Positions 16,188 to 25,470 of a stretch of DNA of 33,290 nucleotides are shown here, in pieces. The stretch spans positions 1 through 33,290 of the forward strand of contig JBEQLE010000046.1 of NCBI GenBank assembly GCA_040326155.1. Reading direction: 5' to 3'. The position numbers and the translations under genes are program-made. The stretch comes from Leptospirales bacterium (GTDB lineage Bacteria; Spirochaetota; Leptospiria; Turneriellales; JAOUFE01). The notes below the pieces were generated by a model that saw only the letters and a list, made by a program, of their open reading frames with translations, was not told where the DNA came from and did not search any database. Each line of letters starts with the position of its first letter. The first letter of the stretch is position 1.

Positions 16188-16337
16188 ATGAAAACAAAAA
16201 ATAAACATGCCATTGTAATCGGGGGTAGCATTGGCGGTTTTTTAGCCGCAAGAGTCTTGTCTGAACATTTCGAAAAAGTTACGATACTGGAAAAAGATAA
16301 TTTTCCGGACCAACCGGAACCTCGAAAAACGAGCTGA
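16188..16337 (+). pseudogene. N-terminal stub of an FAD-dependent monooxygenase/epoxidase-like protein, absent from the ORF track
   Basis: Manual translation [49 protein letters not shown]. Rossmann GxxxxG beta-alpha-beta only. RBS AGGGG. Confidence 0.8.
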
Positions 16338-16465
16338 AACAAAGTCCATGCCGCAGGTGCTAGACGTAGATTTGAGTTAAGCGCAAGTTTAGCAAGGTCG
16401 TTGGGGATTTTTCGGTGGGGAATTTCCGACCTACATTATACTCCAAGCGCGTGTACAACACAGAC

Positions 16466-16495
16466 AAAAAAAAAGCCGGACAAATGCCCGGCTTT
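16466..16495 (-). terminator. Intrinsic terminator after tRNA-Glu
   Basis: Minus-strand hairpin AAAGCCGG...CCGGCTTT running into a 9-U tract directly 3' of the tRNA. Confidence 0.85.
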
Positions 16496-16501
16496 CGGAT
16501 G

Positions 16502-16573
16502 CGTCCCCTAGGGGAATTGAACCCCTGTTGCGGGAATGAAAATCCCGAGTCCTAACCACTAGACGAAGGGGAC
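16502..16573 (-). tRNA. trnE: tRNA-Glu (anticodon TTC)
   Basis: GTCCCCTTCGTCTAGTGGTTAGGACTCGGGATTTTCATTCCCGCAACAGGGGTTCAATTCCCCTAGGGGACG folds as a cloverleaf. CCA not encoded. Confidence 0.95.
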
Positions 16574-16646
16574 ATAATCCGTGGATAAATAATCATATTT
16601 ATCTACGATGTCAACTCATTTCGAGTTTAAGTCGCTAAGCGACTTT

Positions 16647-16719
16647 TGAGGCGTCCGGGGCTCGAACCCGGGACCCATTGCTTAAAAGGCAATTGCTCTA
16701 CCAGCTGAGCTAACACCTC
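16647..16719 (-). tRNA. trnK: tRNA-Lys (anticodon TTT)
   Basis: GAGGTGTTAGCTCAGCTGGTAGAGCAATTGCCTTTTAAGCAATGGGTCCCGGGTTCGAGCCCCGGACGCCTCA folds as a cloverleaf. CCA not encoded. Confidence 0.95.
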
Positions 16720-16905
16720 GTATGTTATTGATACACTATATAAATATAGTTTATCTACCACCTTGAGGTTTGAAACTCAATATTTGCATATTGCGCTCTA
16801 CCATCGAAATCCACTTTGTGGTTTATCCAATTCTTGCTTTTTGGATGCTTCGTCAAGTTAAATACTATTCTAAGGCTAAAAAAAAATCTTGATAATGGCC
16901 CTACT

Positions 16906-17985
16906 TTACTCCAGCCAATAACTCACGGCCTGAAGTACGGAAGGAACGGATATTTCGGACAGACAATTTTCATAGCCACAACTACCCGGCTGACAAACGC
17001 TTCGCTCACAGGTTACATTGGGCGTTAAAAGATAATTTTCTCTGTCTCTATGTTGATCGTCAATTGGTAGCGTCTTCCATCGTACGCTCGAAACGGAGTT
17101 AGCGGCGGGAAAAATGCCAATGTGGGGTTTTCCAAGCAGCGCGGCGTAATGCAATGGTCCCGAGGAATTACCAATATATAAATTACACTGAAGTAACAAC
17201 TGACCTAATTCAATCAAGTCTCGGTCAACATCGATTGTTAGACCTTTTTTTGCTAAAAAATATTTTTGAATTTCAGGACCATCAACACGATCACCCATGA
17301 CAATAATCTGAAAACCTTTGCCAATAAGTTCATCCACCAGTTTAACGTAACTTTGCATTGGCCATGCCAGAGAGGTTGCGTTTCTTTTATAGGGATGAAT
17401 AACAATTGTTTTTTTCTGCGATAACTTTTTGTTTTTTTCGGGACTAATATTCATATACACCGGGGAATATTGTTCGCTCATACCCAGAATGTTCATATAT
17501 TTCAAATTCAGCTCATACTCACTATAATTTGATTTTTTTCTACTGAAAGTAAAATAGTTTGTAAAATGATAGAAAAAAGAACGACGTAAAGAGCCAACAC
17601 GATACTTTACTCCCGCTTTATGTATAATCTTCGCTGATTGCGACTCGGCGTAAGGCATAAGGGCTATATCAAATTTTCGTTTTCGTATTATATCGATCAA
17701 TTCAGATTGTTTACTCTTACGCTCCTCTGGGGAAAATTTTTCAAAGTCTCTTTTTAATAATACCCCTTCATCACAAATTACATCGTCGACATCAAGAACA
17801 ACTTTGGTAAAATCAACAAAAGGTTTTCTTACCAGCATGGTTATTATACAATGAGGAGCTTGTTTTTTAAGAGCGGCAACCAAAGGGAGTGTTAAAATTA
17901 GATCACCCAAACCATCGTTTCGAACAACCAGAACTTGGAATTTAACGTTATTTTGAAGGAATTTTTGTAAGCCCGGTTTGAGCAT
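16906..17985 (-). CDS. Glycosyltransferase family 9 (LPS heptosyltransferase-like)
   Basis: VLVVRNDGLGDLILTLP, IVIHP...AWP and YIGNSSGPLHYAALLGKPHIGIF motifs. Confidence 0.9.
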   Translation of the reverse strand: MLKPGLQKFLQNNVKFQVLVVRNDGLGDLILTLPLVAALKKQAPHCIITMLVRKPFVDFTKVVLDVDDVICDEGVLLKRDFEKFSPEERKSKQSELIDIIRKRKFDIALMPYAESQSAKIIHKAGVKYRVGSLRRSFFYHFTNYFTFSRKKSNYSEYELNLKYMNILGMSEQYSPVYMNISPEKNKKLSQKKTIVIHPYKRNATSLAWPMQSYVKLVDELIGKGFQIIVMGDRVDGPEIQKYFLAKKGLTIDVDRDLIELGQLLLQCNLYIGNSSGPLHYAALLGKPHIGIFPAANSVSSVRWKTLPIDDQHRDRENYLLTPNVTCERSVCQPGSCGYENCLSEISVPSVLQAVSYWLE

Positions 17986-17988
17986 CGC

Positions 17989-19215
17989 TTATTTTATAAG
18001 TTCCATCATTTTGTACATCGGTATAAGAACAGATGCCATAATTCCCCCGATGACCAGGGCCAGAAATACAATTAAAATAGGTTCCATTGCGGTTGTTAAA
18101 CCAGTTGCAGTCGATTCGACTTCATCTTCAAGAATCGCAGCCCCTTTTTCGACTAATTCTGCCAGGCGGTCACTAGCCTCACCTGCATTTATAACACCTT
18201 TTACAAGGTGTGGAATAAAAGTAGAATCAGCGAGGGATTGTTTTAAAGTCTCACCTTCTTCAAGTCTCACTTTGGCTTTAGCGATCTCACGCCGAAAAAT
18301 TTCATTGCTGGCGCTCTCTTGGACGATAGACATTGCCTTTAAAATCGAAACTTTGGCTTCTAACAAAACAGCCAGGTTACGCCCAAATCTGGCAACTTCA
18401 GCTTTGCGAATAAGGTTCCCATAAATAGGTATTTTTAAAAATATTGCATCTGTCTTGAGTTTTCCACGACTTGTTTTTCTATACTTCGTGAAAAAGAAAG
18501 ACAAAACAAACCATCCACCAATAATATAAGGCCATGTGACTCTTATACAATCAGACGCCCCGATTACAATTCTCGTAGGAAGCGGTAACTCCATATCTTT
18601 TCCAAAATTATCGTACATTACCTGTATCTGGGGAATTACTCCAGTTAATAGAATAAATACTACAATCAACATAATGACAATCATTAGAATAGGATATATA
18701 AGAGCGGTCATCGCCTTTTGTTTAATCGAATGAGTTTTTTCTTCCACTTCTGCCAACTGCCGAAGAGTTTTTTCATAAGAACCCGTCGACTCACCGACTT
18801 TCACCATACTTTCATAAATTGGTGGAAAGATATCTCGATGCTGCGCAAATGTTTCGGAGAGTGATTTTCCTTCTATAACGGAAGCGCGAATTTCTGTAAC
18901 AATTTTTTGTAAATGCTTGTTTGCAATTTGCTCTTCTAGATCTTTTAAAGCCGCGTCGATCGATATGCCGGCTCCAAGAAGTGTACCAAGTTGACGGGCA
19001 AAAAGCCCAATCTCTTTTCGCGGTACCCGGTATAATAATTTACTTAAAAAGGGAAATAACTGTCGGTCTCTTTTTCCAGTGTCTTCTTTTAACTCTTTAA
19101 TATAGAGTTTCTTTTTTTTTAACTGGCTCCTGGCATATTGCATGTTCGTGGCGTCGATATGCCCGGATATTAGTTTTCCGGCTGCGGTAAAAGCTTTATA
19201 TTGAAATATTGGCAT
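17989..19215 (-). CDS. gspF: Type II secretion system inner membrane platform protein F
   Basis: MPIFQYKA start, FARQLGTLLGAG, MVKVGESTG, ALIYP and EPILIV. Two T2SSF domains. Confidence 0.93.
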   Translation of the reverse strand: MPIFQYKAFTAAGKLISGHIDATNMQYARSQLKKKKLYIKELKEDTGKRDRQLFPFLSKLLYRVPRKEIGLFARQLGTLLGAGISIDAALKDLEEQIANKHLQKIVTEIRASVIEGKSLSETFAQHRDIFPPIYESMVKVGESTGSYEKTLRQLAEVEEKTHSIKQKAMTALIYPILMIVIMLIVVFILLTGVIPQIQVMYDNFGKDMELPLPTRIVIGASDCIRVTWPYIIGGWFVLSFFFTKYRKTSRGKLKTDAIFLKIPIYGNLIRKAEVARFGRNLAVLLEAKVSILKAMSIVQESASNEIFRREIAKAKVRLEEGETLKQSLADSTFIPHLVKGVINAGEASDRLAELVEKGAAILEDEVESTATGLTTAMEPILIVFLALVIGGIMASVLIPMYKMMELIK

Positions 19216-19227
19216 TGCCTATCCTTA

Positions 19228-20910
19228 TCAGGTAACTCTCAAGGCTTCTTCTAAGGATGTTTGACCTGAAATCACGTTTTCAAGGGCAGATTGCCGTAAG
19301 GTTTTCATTCCCAATGAAACAGCCATTTTGCGTAAGGCATCCTCGTTGGGTTTTTCCAAAATCACCTGTCGCACTTTTTCTACTAACTTTAAAAATTCAT
19401 AGATTCCGGTTCTTCCTTTGTACCCACTTTGTTTACACGCATCACAACCGACGGGATTATAAATATAGATCTTCTTTTTGCTGGCTGGTAATGTGGCGCC
19501 AAGATCTTTCAGATTTTTAGCCGTGGTGCCTGTTTTTTTCTTACACTCCGGGCATAAAACACGTAATAAACGTTGGGCAACTATCCCTTTAACGGTGGCT
19601 GAAATTAAAAATGGCTCGATCTTCATATCGAGAAGTCGACTGATACTAGACGGGGCGTCGTTTGTATGCAGCGTAGAAAACACGAGGTGTCCTGTAAGGG
19701 CAGATTGTACTGCTACCCTGGCTGTTTCTTCGTCACGTATTTCCCCAACCATCACCACATCCGGGTCTTGACGTAGTATAGAACGCAACCCTTCTGCAAA
19801 AGTCAGGCCGATTTTAGCGCGAGCATGTACCTGACTAATACCATCAATCTGGTACTCGACAGGGTCTTCTACTGTTATAATATTTCGTGTTTCATCGTTT
19901 ATATGCATTAAAGAAGCATATAATGTTGTGGTTTTTCCTGAACCAGTCGGGCCCGTAATTAAGATAATACCATTGGGTTCTTCAATTAAGCTGCGAAATT
20001 GATCGAGAGTTTTTTTATCTAAACCAATGTTCTTGAGGTCAAAATTGTAATCGCTTTTATTTAACAGTCTCATTACAATTCTTTCACCAAACTGGGTAGG
20101 CAAAGAAGAAACCCGAATATCGATATCTTTTCCGCCGGTTCGAATTCGAATTCTACCATCTTGCGGCAGTCGATTTTCCGCAATATTCAAGTCGGCCATA
20201 ATTTTTATTCTGGATAATATGCCATTTTGAATTGATTTCGGGGGCGATAAAACTTTTTTCAATACACCATCAATACGGTAGCGAACGATCAACTCTTTTT
20301 CCTGTGGTTCAATATGAACATCAGAAGCGCCATCGTTAACAGCGTTTGTCAGCATCACATTCACCATTTTAATTATAGGAGCTTCATTCGCAAGGTCCAG
20401 GGAGTTTTGAAGGTCTTCCAGTTCCTCCATAAAATCAAGGTTATCTTCAAAGGGAAGATCGCCCTCTTTACCTGAAGCTGATTTTTCTTCATAATAATAG
20501 TGTATTATTTTAAGAACTTCAGATTCGGGTGCTATAACGGGTTGTACGTCATAATCTGAAAGTTGAAAACGTAACTCATCAAGCTGGTGTAGCTGACTCG
20601 GGTCGAATAACCCGACTTTCACTAAATCTTTTTCCAGGCTAAATGGAACCAATCGAAATTTTCGAACAAAGTTAATTGGTAAAAGGTCGACAAGCTTTTG
20701 AATATTTTTCGGTTCAAGCTGTTTTAAAACAGGAAGCTCATATTGCTCCCCAATGCAATCTACCAGATCAAATTCACTGATGATACCTTTTTTAAGAAGA
20801 ACTTGACCTATATTGATACCCGATTTTTTTTCGATATCGGCGGCTCGTTTTAGCTCCTCTTCGTTGACCAGTTTTTTATCACGAAAAATTTTAAGTAAAC
20901 TTTCAGGCAT
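19228..20910 (-). CDS. gspE: Type II secretion system ATPase E
   Basis: ASDVHIEP, RLPQDGRI, Walker A GPTGSGKTT, TVEDPVE, LRQDPDVVMVGEIRD and CxxC...CxxC. Confidence 0.95.
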   Translation of the reverse strand: MPESLLKIFRDKKLVNEEELKRAADIEKKSGINIGQVLLKKGIISEFDLVDCIGEQYELPVLKQLEPKNIQKLVDLLPINFVRKFRLVPFSLEKDLVKVGLFDPSQLHQLDELRFQLSDYDVQPVIAPESEVLKIIHYYYEEKSASGKEGDLPFEDNLDFMEELEDLQNSLDLANEAPIIKMVNVMLTNAVNDGASDVHIEPQEKELIVRYRIDGVLKKVLSPPKSIQNGILSRIKIMADLNIAENRLPQDGRIRIRTGGKDIDIRVSSLPTQFGERIVMRLLNKSDYNFDLKNIGLDKKTLDQFRSLIEEPNGIILITGPTGSGKTTTLYASLMHINDETRNIITVEDPVEYQIDGISQVHARAKIGLTFAEGLRSILRQDPDVVMVGEIRDEETARVAVQSALTGHLVFSTLHTNDAPSSISRLLDMKIEPFLISATVKGIVAQRLLRVLCPECKKKTGTTAKNLKDLGATLPASKKKIYIYNPVGCDACKQSGYKGRTGIYEFLKLVEKVRQVILEKPNEDALRKMAVSLGMKTLRQSALENVISGQTSLEEALRVT

Positions 20911-20912
20911 AA

Positions 20913-22736
20913 TTAACGTTCAGTATTTATTTTCTCAAACTCTTTCTCTTGCCGCTGCACAGACTCGTTTGTAAAATCATCGGCGACTTGCCTGTTCGTT
21001 AAAACATGGGGAGTAATAAAAACTAGAAGATTCGTTTTATTAATAACTGTACCTGTTCTTTTGAAAAGATAGCCTAAAATTGGAATATCACCCAAAATTG
21101 GAATTTTACGTTCGGTTTTTGTTTTACGAGTAGATACAAGCCCACCGATTACAATCGTTTGCCCGTCAGCAACACGAACTGAGGTTTTAATATCGCGTTT
21201 GGTAAACGTGGGGTTTAGAGTTGTGTCTTCAGGAACAATCGCCGACTTTACTTCCTGGTACAAATCGAGCGTTACCATACCATTTTTGTTTATGTGCGGA
21301 GTAAATTTGACCTTTACACCTACAGATTTATATTCATATGTAAAATAATCAACCTGATCATTCGAACCGCCTGAAACACGATTACCCGAAATAATGGGAA
21401 TATCTTCACCGACGTTAATTTCGGCTTCCTGGTTATCAAGGGTCAATATCTGTGGCGCCGAAATAATGGCAAAATTTTCATTGTCCACGTTAGCTTCAAT
21501 TAACCCGCCTAGTCCAAGACCATTAGAATTACCCGTTAAAAAACCCAGTGAAAAACCATCGAGACTATTAATACTTAATACATCAGGACTACCTTTGGTG
21601 ATGCCGATTCCACTTTTTTTTACGGTTCCGGTTGAAAACTGGCCGCTGCTACCGTTAGTTTGTACACGCCAGTCAATACCAAATGAATTGGAATCGTTTT
21701 GCGCTACCTCAATAATTAATACTTCGAGCAAAACCTGGTCTCTGGGAATGTCAATTTGCTTAATTAAATCGGATATTGGTTTAAACTCTGCATAAGTTCC
21801 AATAAATATAATACTGTTTGATTCTTTATGCGCAATTACTTCTATCGTTGAAGTTTGGCTGCCCCGGTTTGCCGGAGTTCTAGGTTGTCTCGCCTGTGGT
21901 GTTCGCTCATTTGGCTTTTTTTTAGTTTCTGGAGTCTCCACGGTTTTTTCTGGTAACCGGACCCGTCGCAGTGTTTGTTCCAGTTTTTCGGCTTGCAGAT
22001 TTTGCAGCCTGTAAATATGAACATTTTCAGAATGTGGCTTCGATTCATCATCATCATCTTCGCGCTTGGGGTCTAGCTCATTTACAATTTCTAGAATACG
22101 ATTTATTTCATCTGCTTCACCTGTCATGATCATTGTACCGACTTCGTCGTAATCAACTATATTCAGGTTGGGACTACTAATTCGTTTTAATATGCCCGCC
22201 AGGCGTGAGGGTTTATGATTATTTAAAGTTAATACATGCGTTATTACTTTGTTGTCTTTTAAAAGCTGTTCATCAATTTCTCCACGACCAATTAATATAA
22301 CATCGCCTTTTGCTGCGGCGTCTTTCATCGGTACTACTTTGAGTAAAATACCATCATCAATTATAGCAAAGCCTTTAATGGCAAGTACACTGGTCAGGTA
22401 AGCATAGGCATCGCAAACCGAAATCTTATTCGGAGATATTACAGTAATTTTCCCTTTCACCCGATCGTCAGTAATAATATTTCGTCCAATCGTCTTGGAC
22501 ATGGCTTTTAAAAAATCCTGGATATCTTTATCGCGAAAATCAACCCTGAATTTCCTGTTACAGGAGGGCCCTAGAGTAGTTTTCTTTACACGGGTATCAG
22601 ACTTCTTTTCAAGCTTGCCCGTCGTTCCACCTGTTGTATTTTGAGCGATAAGCGGGAAAAAAAAGGCGCCCATTAATAAACTGATTGTAACTACAAATGA
22701 TGATGTTCTCGAATAACTGTTTTTTTGTTTTTTCAT
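20913..22736 (-). CDS. gspD: Type II secretion system secretin D
   Basis: N0 domain VDFRDKDIQDFLK...VKGKITV and secretin core QVLLEVLIIEV, PQILTLDNQEAEINVG, DGQTIVIGGL, KIPILGDIPILGYLFK. Confidence 0.93.
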   Translation of the reverse strand: MKKQKNSYSRTSSFVVTISLLMGAFFFPLIAQNTTGGTTGKLEKKSDTRVKKTTLGPSCNRKFRVDFRDKDIQDFLKAMSKTIGRNIITDDRVKGKITVISPNKISVCDAYAYLTSVLAIKGFAIIDDGILLKVVPMKDAAAKGDVILIGRGEIDEQLLKDNKVITHVLTLNNHKPSRLAGILKRISSPNLNIVDYDEVGTMIMTGEADEINRILEIVNELDPKREDDDDESKPHSENVHIYRLQNLQAEKLEQTLRRVRLPEKTVETPETKKKPNERTPQARQPRTPANRGSQTSTIEVIAHKESNSIIFIGTYAEFKPISDLIKQIDIPRDQVLLEVLIIEVAQNDSNSFGIDWRVQTNGSSGQFSTGTVKKSGIGITKGSPDVLSINSLDGFSLGFLTGNSNGLGLGGLIEANVDNENFAIISAPQILTLDNQEAEINVGEDIPIISGNRVSGGSNDQVDYFTYEYKSVGVKVKFTPHINKNGMVTLDLYQEVKSAIVPEDTTLNPTFTKRDIKTSVRVADGQTIVIGGLVSTRKTKTERKIPILGDIPILGYLFKRTGTVINKTNLLVFITPHVLTNRQVADDFTNESVQRQEKEFEKINTER

Positions 22737-22900
22737 TTTTATTTCTTCTTTTTTTATATTTCACCCCATTTTCCAATTATTGTACCAACAGACAAGAAAT
22801 AAAACTTCATTTTCAATATAAATATCTATTTTGTACCCACTCTATTATTTTTTCATTGACAGTCTGTCTTATTATGTCGTTTTGAACGCACTCACAATCT

Positions 22901-22974
22901 GGGGCAGTAGTTCAGCTGGTTAGAGCACTTGCCTGTCACGCAAGAAGTCGCGGGTTCGAATCCCGTCTGCCCCG
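22901..22974 (+). tRNA. trnD: tRNA-Asp (anticodon GTC)
   Basis: GGGGCAGTAGTTCAGCTGGTTAGAGCACTTGCCTGTCACGCAAGAAGTCGCGGGTTCGAATCCCGTCTGCCCCG cloverleaf with G73. Confidence 0.96.
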
Positions 22975-23062
22975 ATTTTTCTTTAAACTATAATCCAAAT
23001 CTACTATAGACTTACCCGCGTTTTAGAATAAAAACTTTAAACAAAGGTACCTGAATACAACT

Positions 23063-23193
23063 CAAGAAGTCGTGGGTTCGCACCCATTCATTTCACATAA
23101 ATACTAGCCAATAAAAGCTTCCACAGGAGAATACTCTGTTGAAGTCTGGGTCTTCGCGAACAACGTGAGCGAGCTATCCCGTCTGCCCCGATT
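23063..23193 (+). repeat. Duplicate of the tRNA-Asp 3' half, split in the T-loop by a 95-bp insert (att-like scar)
   Basis: CAAGAAGTCGTGGGTTCG (23063-23080, 17/18 identical to 22941-22958) and ATCCCGTCTGCCCCGATT (23176-23193, identical to 22960-22977). Confidence 0.85.
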
Positions 23194-23203
23194 AATTTAA
23201 GTG

Positions 23204-23611
23204 TTAGTTGATTATTATTATAACTGAGCTTAATGCAATAGAAAAGCAGAGAGGAATATATATAAAATTATCGTATTTTGCAAAATCAGTTTTGTTCACT
23301 CTTTTGAATACTCCGACATATTTAAATTCACCAATTACTCGGGCAAAGAATACCGGGCCAATAATATAATATAAATATCTCTGTAAAAAGATGAGGTCTA
23401 TTTTATAGATATCAATTATTACGAGAAGTGATCCGATTACAAATATAATTGCTATAAAAATAGTTCCCCCAAATTCTGCCTTAAAAAGAGGCCCTTTTTC
23501 ATTTTCTGGAATGGCAACCTTTATCCCTTTTGTTCCCCCTGATGCCCAATAAATATGGATGCAACCAATAAGTGCGAATACCATTACCATGTAAATTTTT
23601 AAAATTATCAT
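23204..23611 (-). CDS. DUF3995-like membrane protein
   Basis: IHIYWASGG..G...AIP, RVIGEFKYVGVFKR...TDFAKYD..IYIPLC, four TM segments. Confidence 0.75.
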   Translation of the reverse strand: MIILKIYMVMVFALIGCIHIYWASGGTKGIKVAIPENEKGPLFKAEFGGTIFIAIIFVIGSLLVIIDIYKIDLIFLQRYLYYIIGPVFFARVIGEFKYVGVFKRVNKTDFAKYDNFIYIPLCFSIALSSVIIIIN

Positions 23612-24189
23612 TTTATTTCCTCCATTAAATACGGTTGTAATATATTTTTCAATATGAGTACACTTTCTTTAACCCTTTTTCGGTTTATTGCTTTGCCCTC
23701 TGTTTCTAAATAGGAGACCCAATATAGCGAAAAAAACCATATTGTACGAGCCAAAGAATAAATTTCTGAATGATTTAAAGTTCGAAAAATACGGGCCTTT
23801 GAATATTGATGAATAAAAGCCTGAATTTCTTTTAACCGCTTTTTTTGCACTATTTCAAATATAGCTTTAAACTCAGCAATCTGTTTATACAAAGACGAAA
23901 CTTCTCTGTGTATAAATCGATACTCCCATAAATATTCAAAAGTTCTTTCATACATATAGTATAAATTTTTAAGGTTTGGCTCCTGTGGTATGGGCGTTTG
24001 ATCCCATTTTGCAATCATACGTTTAAAAAGTGATAGAATGATTTCCTCTTTGCTCCGGAAGTGGTAATATAGATTACCGGGACTAATTGATAACTCCTCG
24101 CATATATAATTAGTGGTGATCACTGACGTCCCTTTTTCATTAAATAACTTTAAAGCGATTAAAAGTATTTTTTCTTTATTATCTTTCAT
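23608..24189 (-). CDS. TetR/AcrR family transcriptional regulator
   Basis: KEKILLIALKLFNEKG...ISPGNLYYHFRSKEEI HTH. Confidence 0.93.
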   Translation of the reverse strand: MKDNKEKILLIALKLFNEKGTSVITTNYICEELSISPGNLYYHFRSKEEIILSLFKRMIAKWDQTPIPQEPNLKNLYYMYERTFEYLWEYRFIHREVSSLYKQIAEFKAIFEIVQKKRLKEIQAFIHQYSKARIFRTLNHSEIYSLARTIWFFSLYWVSYLETEGKAINRKRVKESVLILKNILQPYLMEEIK

Positions 24190-24206
24190 GGTCTGTTACG
24201 ATCTTA

Positions 24207-24506
24207 TCACAATTTTTTTGCGTCAATATATGTCATGCCGCCGATCACTCTCATGTCAGTTTTAAATCCAATTTTTTCTATCACGTTTTTTATTTCTTTT
24301 GATTTTAAGCAGCTTGCTACAAGTTTATTTTTGTATAATATTTTCAAATATATCTCACTAATTTTACGATCGGTACATAAACAGCTTATGTGCAAATCTC
24401 CCCCTACTTTTAATATTCGATAAAATTCTTGCAACAGATTTTCTGGATCTTTTACCACATGCAATATACCAAAACTTATTATTCCTTCTTTGAATATCTC
24501 TTGCAT
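24207..24506 (-). pseudogene. Internally deleted class I methyltransferase (C-terminal half)
   Basis: ISFGILHVVKDPENLLQEFYRILKVGG motif with no SAM-binding motif I. RBS GAAAGGA is retained before the ATG. Confidence 0.7.
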
Positions 24507-24531
24507 CGAATTAAATTCCTTTCAGCAGTTA

Positions 24532-24584
24532 TGGAGTATTTACTCTAGAACAAACCAATATTAGAGTGATTACTCTATTTGTAA
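24532..24584 (-). promoter_or_regulatory. Two palindromic operator-like sites overlapping a putative promoter of the TetR operon
   Basis: TGGAGTATTTACTCTA (24532-24547) and TAGAGTGATTACTCTA (24562-24577). The second lies between a minus-strand TTTACA and TAATAT/AATATT. Confidence 0.65.
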
Positions 24585-24814
24585 ATACTTTTTTAAATTT
24601 AAATCCAGGTGCAGGCACTTCGCATAGCAGACTTTGATCTGCCAATTGGCCGGGGCCAACTCTCGTGCGCGGTTGCCGTGGTTAATTTAAAAAGGGGAGC
24701 GGAGGATTTTCTTGTTTTCTGGAATCCTGAGCTTTGCGAAGCGTTTAAAATTGCAAAAAACGCTGTAGCGGGGGGAAAATGGAATCTCGGGGTTGAGAAT
24801 ATACCTGCTAGATT

Positions 24815-25435
24815 TTATTTTTTTAATATTTTACCTTTCCAGGTGCGGTAAAAGTGTTTTAACGTATCGCCGCTACCTGGTTCGGCAGGATATTCATATC
24901 CAAAATACTCTATATCGACTTTGAATTTTTCGCGAATAATTTCAACTGTCTCAGGTGTATAATAACTGCTAAAATGGCTGTGGGGTTTAATATTCACATG
25001 TGGCAGGTCTTGCTCACAATTCAGGTTTACTTTTATTTTCGTCCAGTCTTCATGCAACGTTTCGAATTTTCCAATATAATCGACGATCACATTGCCCTTC
25101 GCATCAGTGAACCAATCGAGCTGATTTTTATGAGCTCTGGGGTACTGGCATGTGTCCGAACTGTTCTGAATCCAAGTTACAAAATCTTCAAAAGTCTCTT
25201 GTTTATGGACATTCTTTCGCTGATACAAGGAGACAGTACGGTCCCAAGGATTTCGTACAAAACCAAATTTATAATAACTGTTGAATACCGTCTCAGGAGT
25301 TTTTTCTTTAATTTGTAAAATATCAAGATGGGGAATTTCCGGTTCCCCCAGAATACGCCGAACACTAGTGCTAGCCGTCTTGGGAACCTCAATAAAAATA
25401 CATTTAAACTCGTCATTAACCATATGCTCTGACAA
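24815..25435 (-). CDS. Sulfotransferase family 2 domain protein
   Basis: 5'-PSB CIFIEVPKTASTSVR, 3'-PB FGFVRNPWDRTVSLY, VDYIGKFETLHEDW and DIEYFGYEY. Confidence 0.9.
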   Translation of the reverse strand: MSEHMVNDEFKCIFIEVPKTASTSVRRILGEPEIPHLDILQIKEKTPETVFNSYYKFGFVRNPWDRTVSLYQRKNVHKQETFEDFVTWIQNSSDTCQYPRAHKNQLDWFTDAKGNVIVDYIGKFETLHEDWTKIKVNLNCEQDLPHVNIKPHSHFSSYYTPETVEIIREKFKVDIEYFGYEYPAEPGSGDTLKHFYRTWKGKILKK

Positions 25436-25470
25436 AATCGTATTATTCTACGCCCGGTCAAGACGAATAA

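Noticed and set aside
15967..16191. 74-aa ORF
   Set aside because: It is largely a translation of repeat R4 and AT-rich promoter DNA, with a TTG start and no protein features.
17978..22057. Antisense and alternate-frame ORFs within gspF/E/D, and similar shadow ORFs elsewhere (e.g. 827..1093, 3477..3914, 30988..31371, 32629..32949)
   Set aside because: They overlap well-supported genes and have no recognisable motifs, so they are treated as shadow ORFs.
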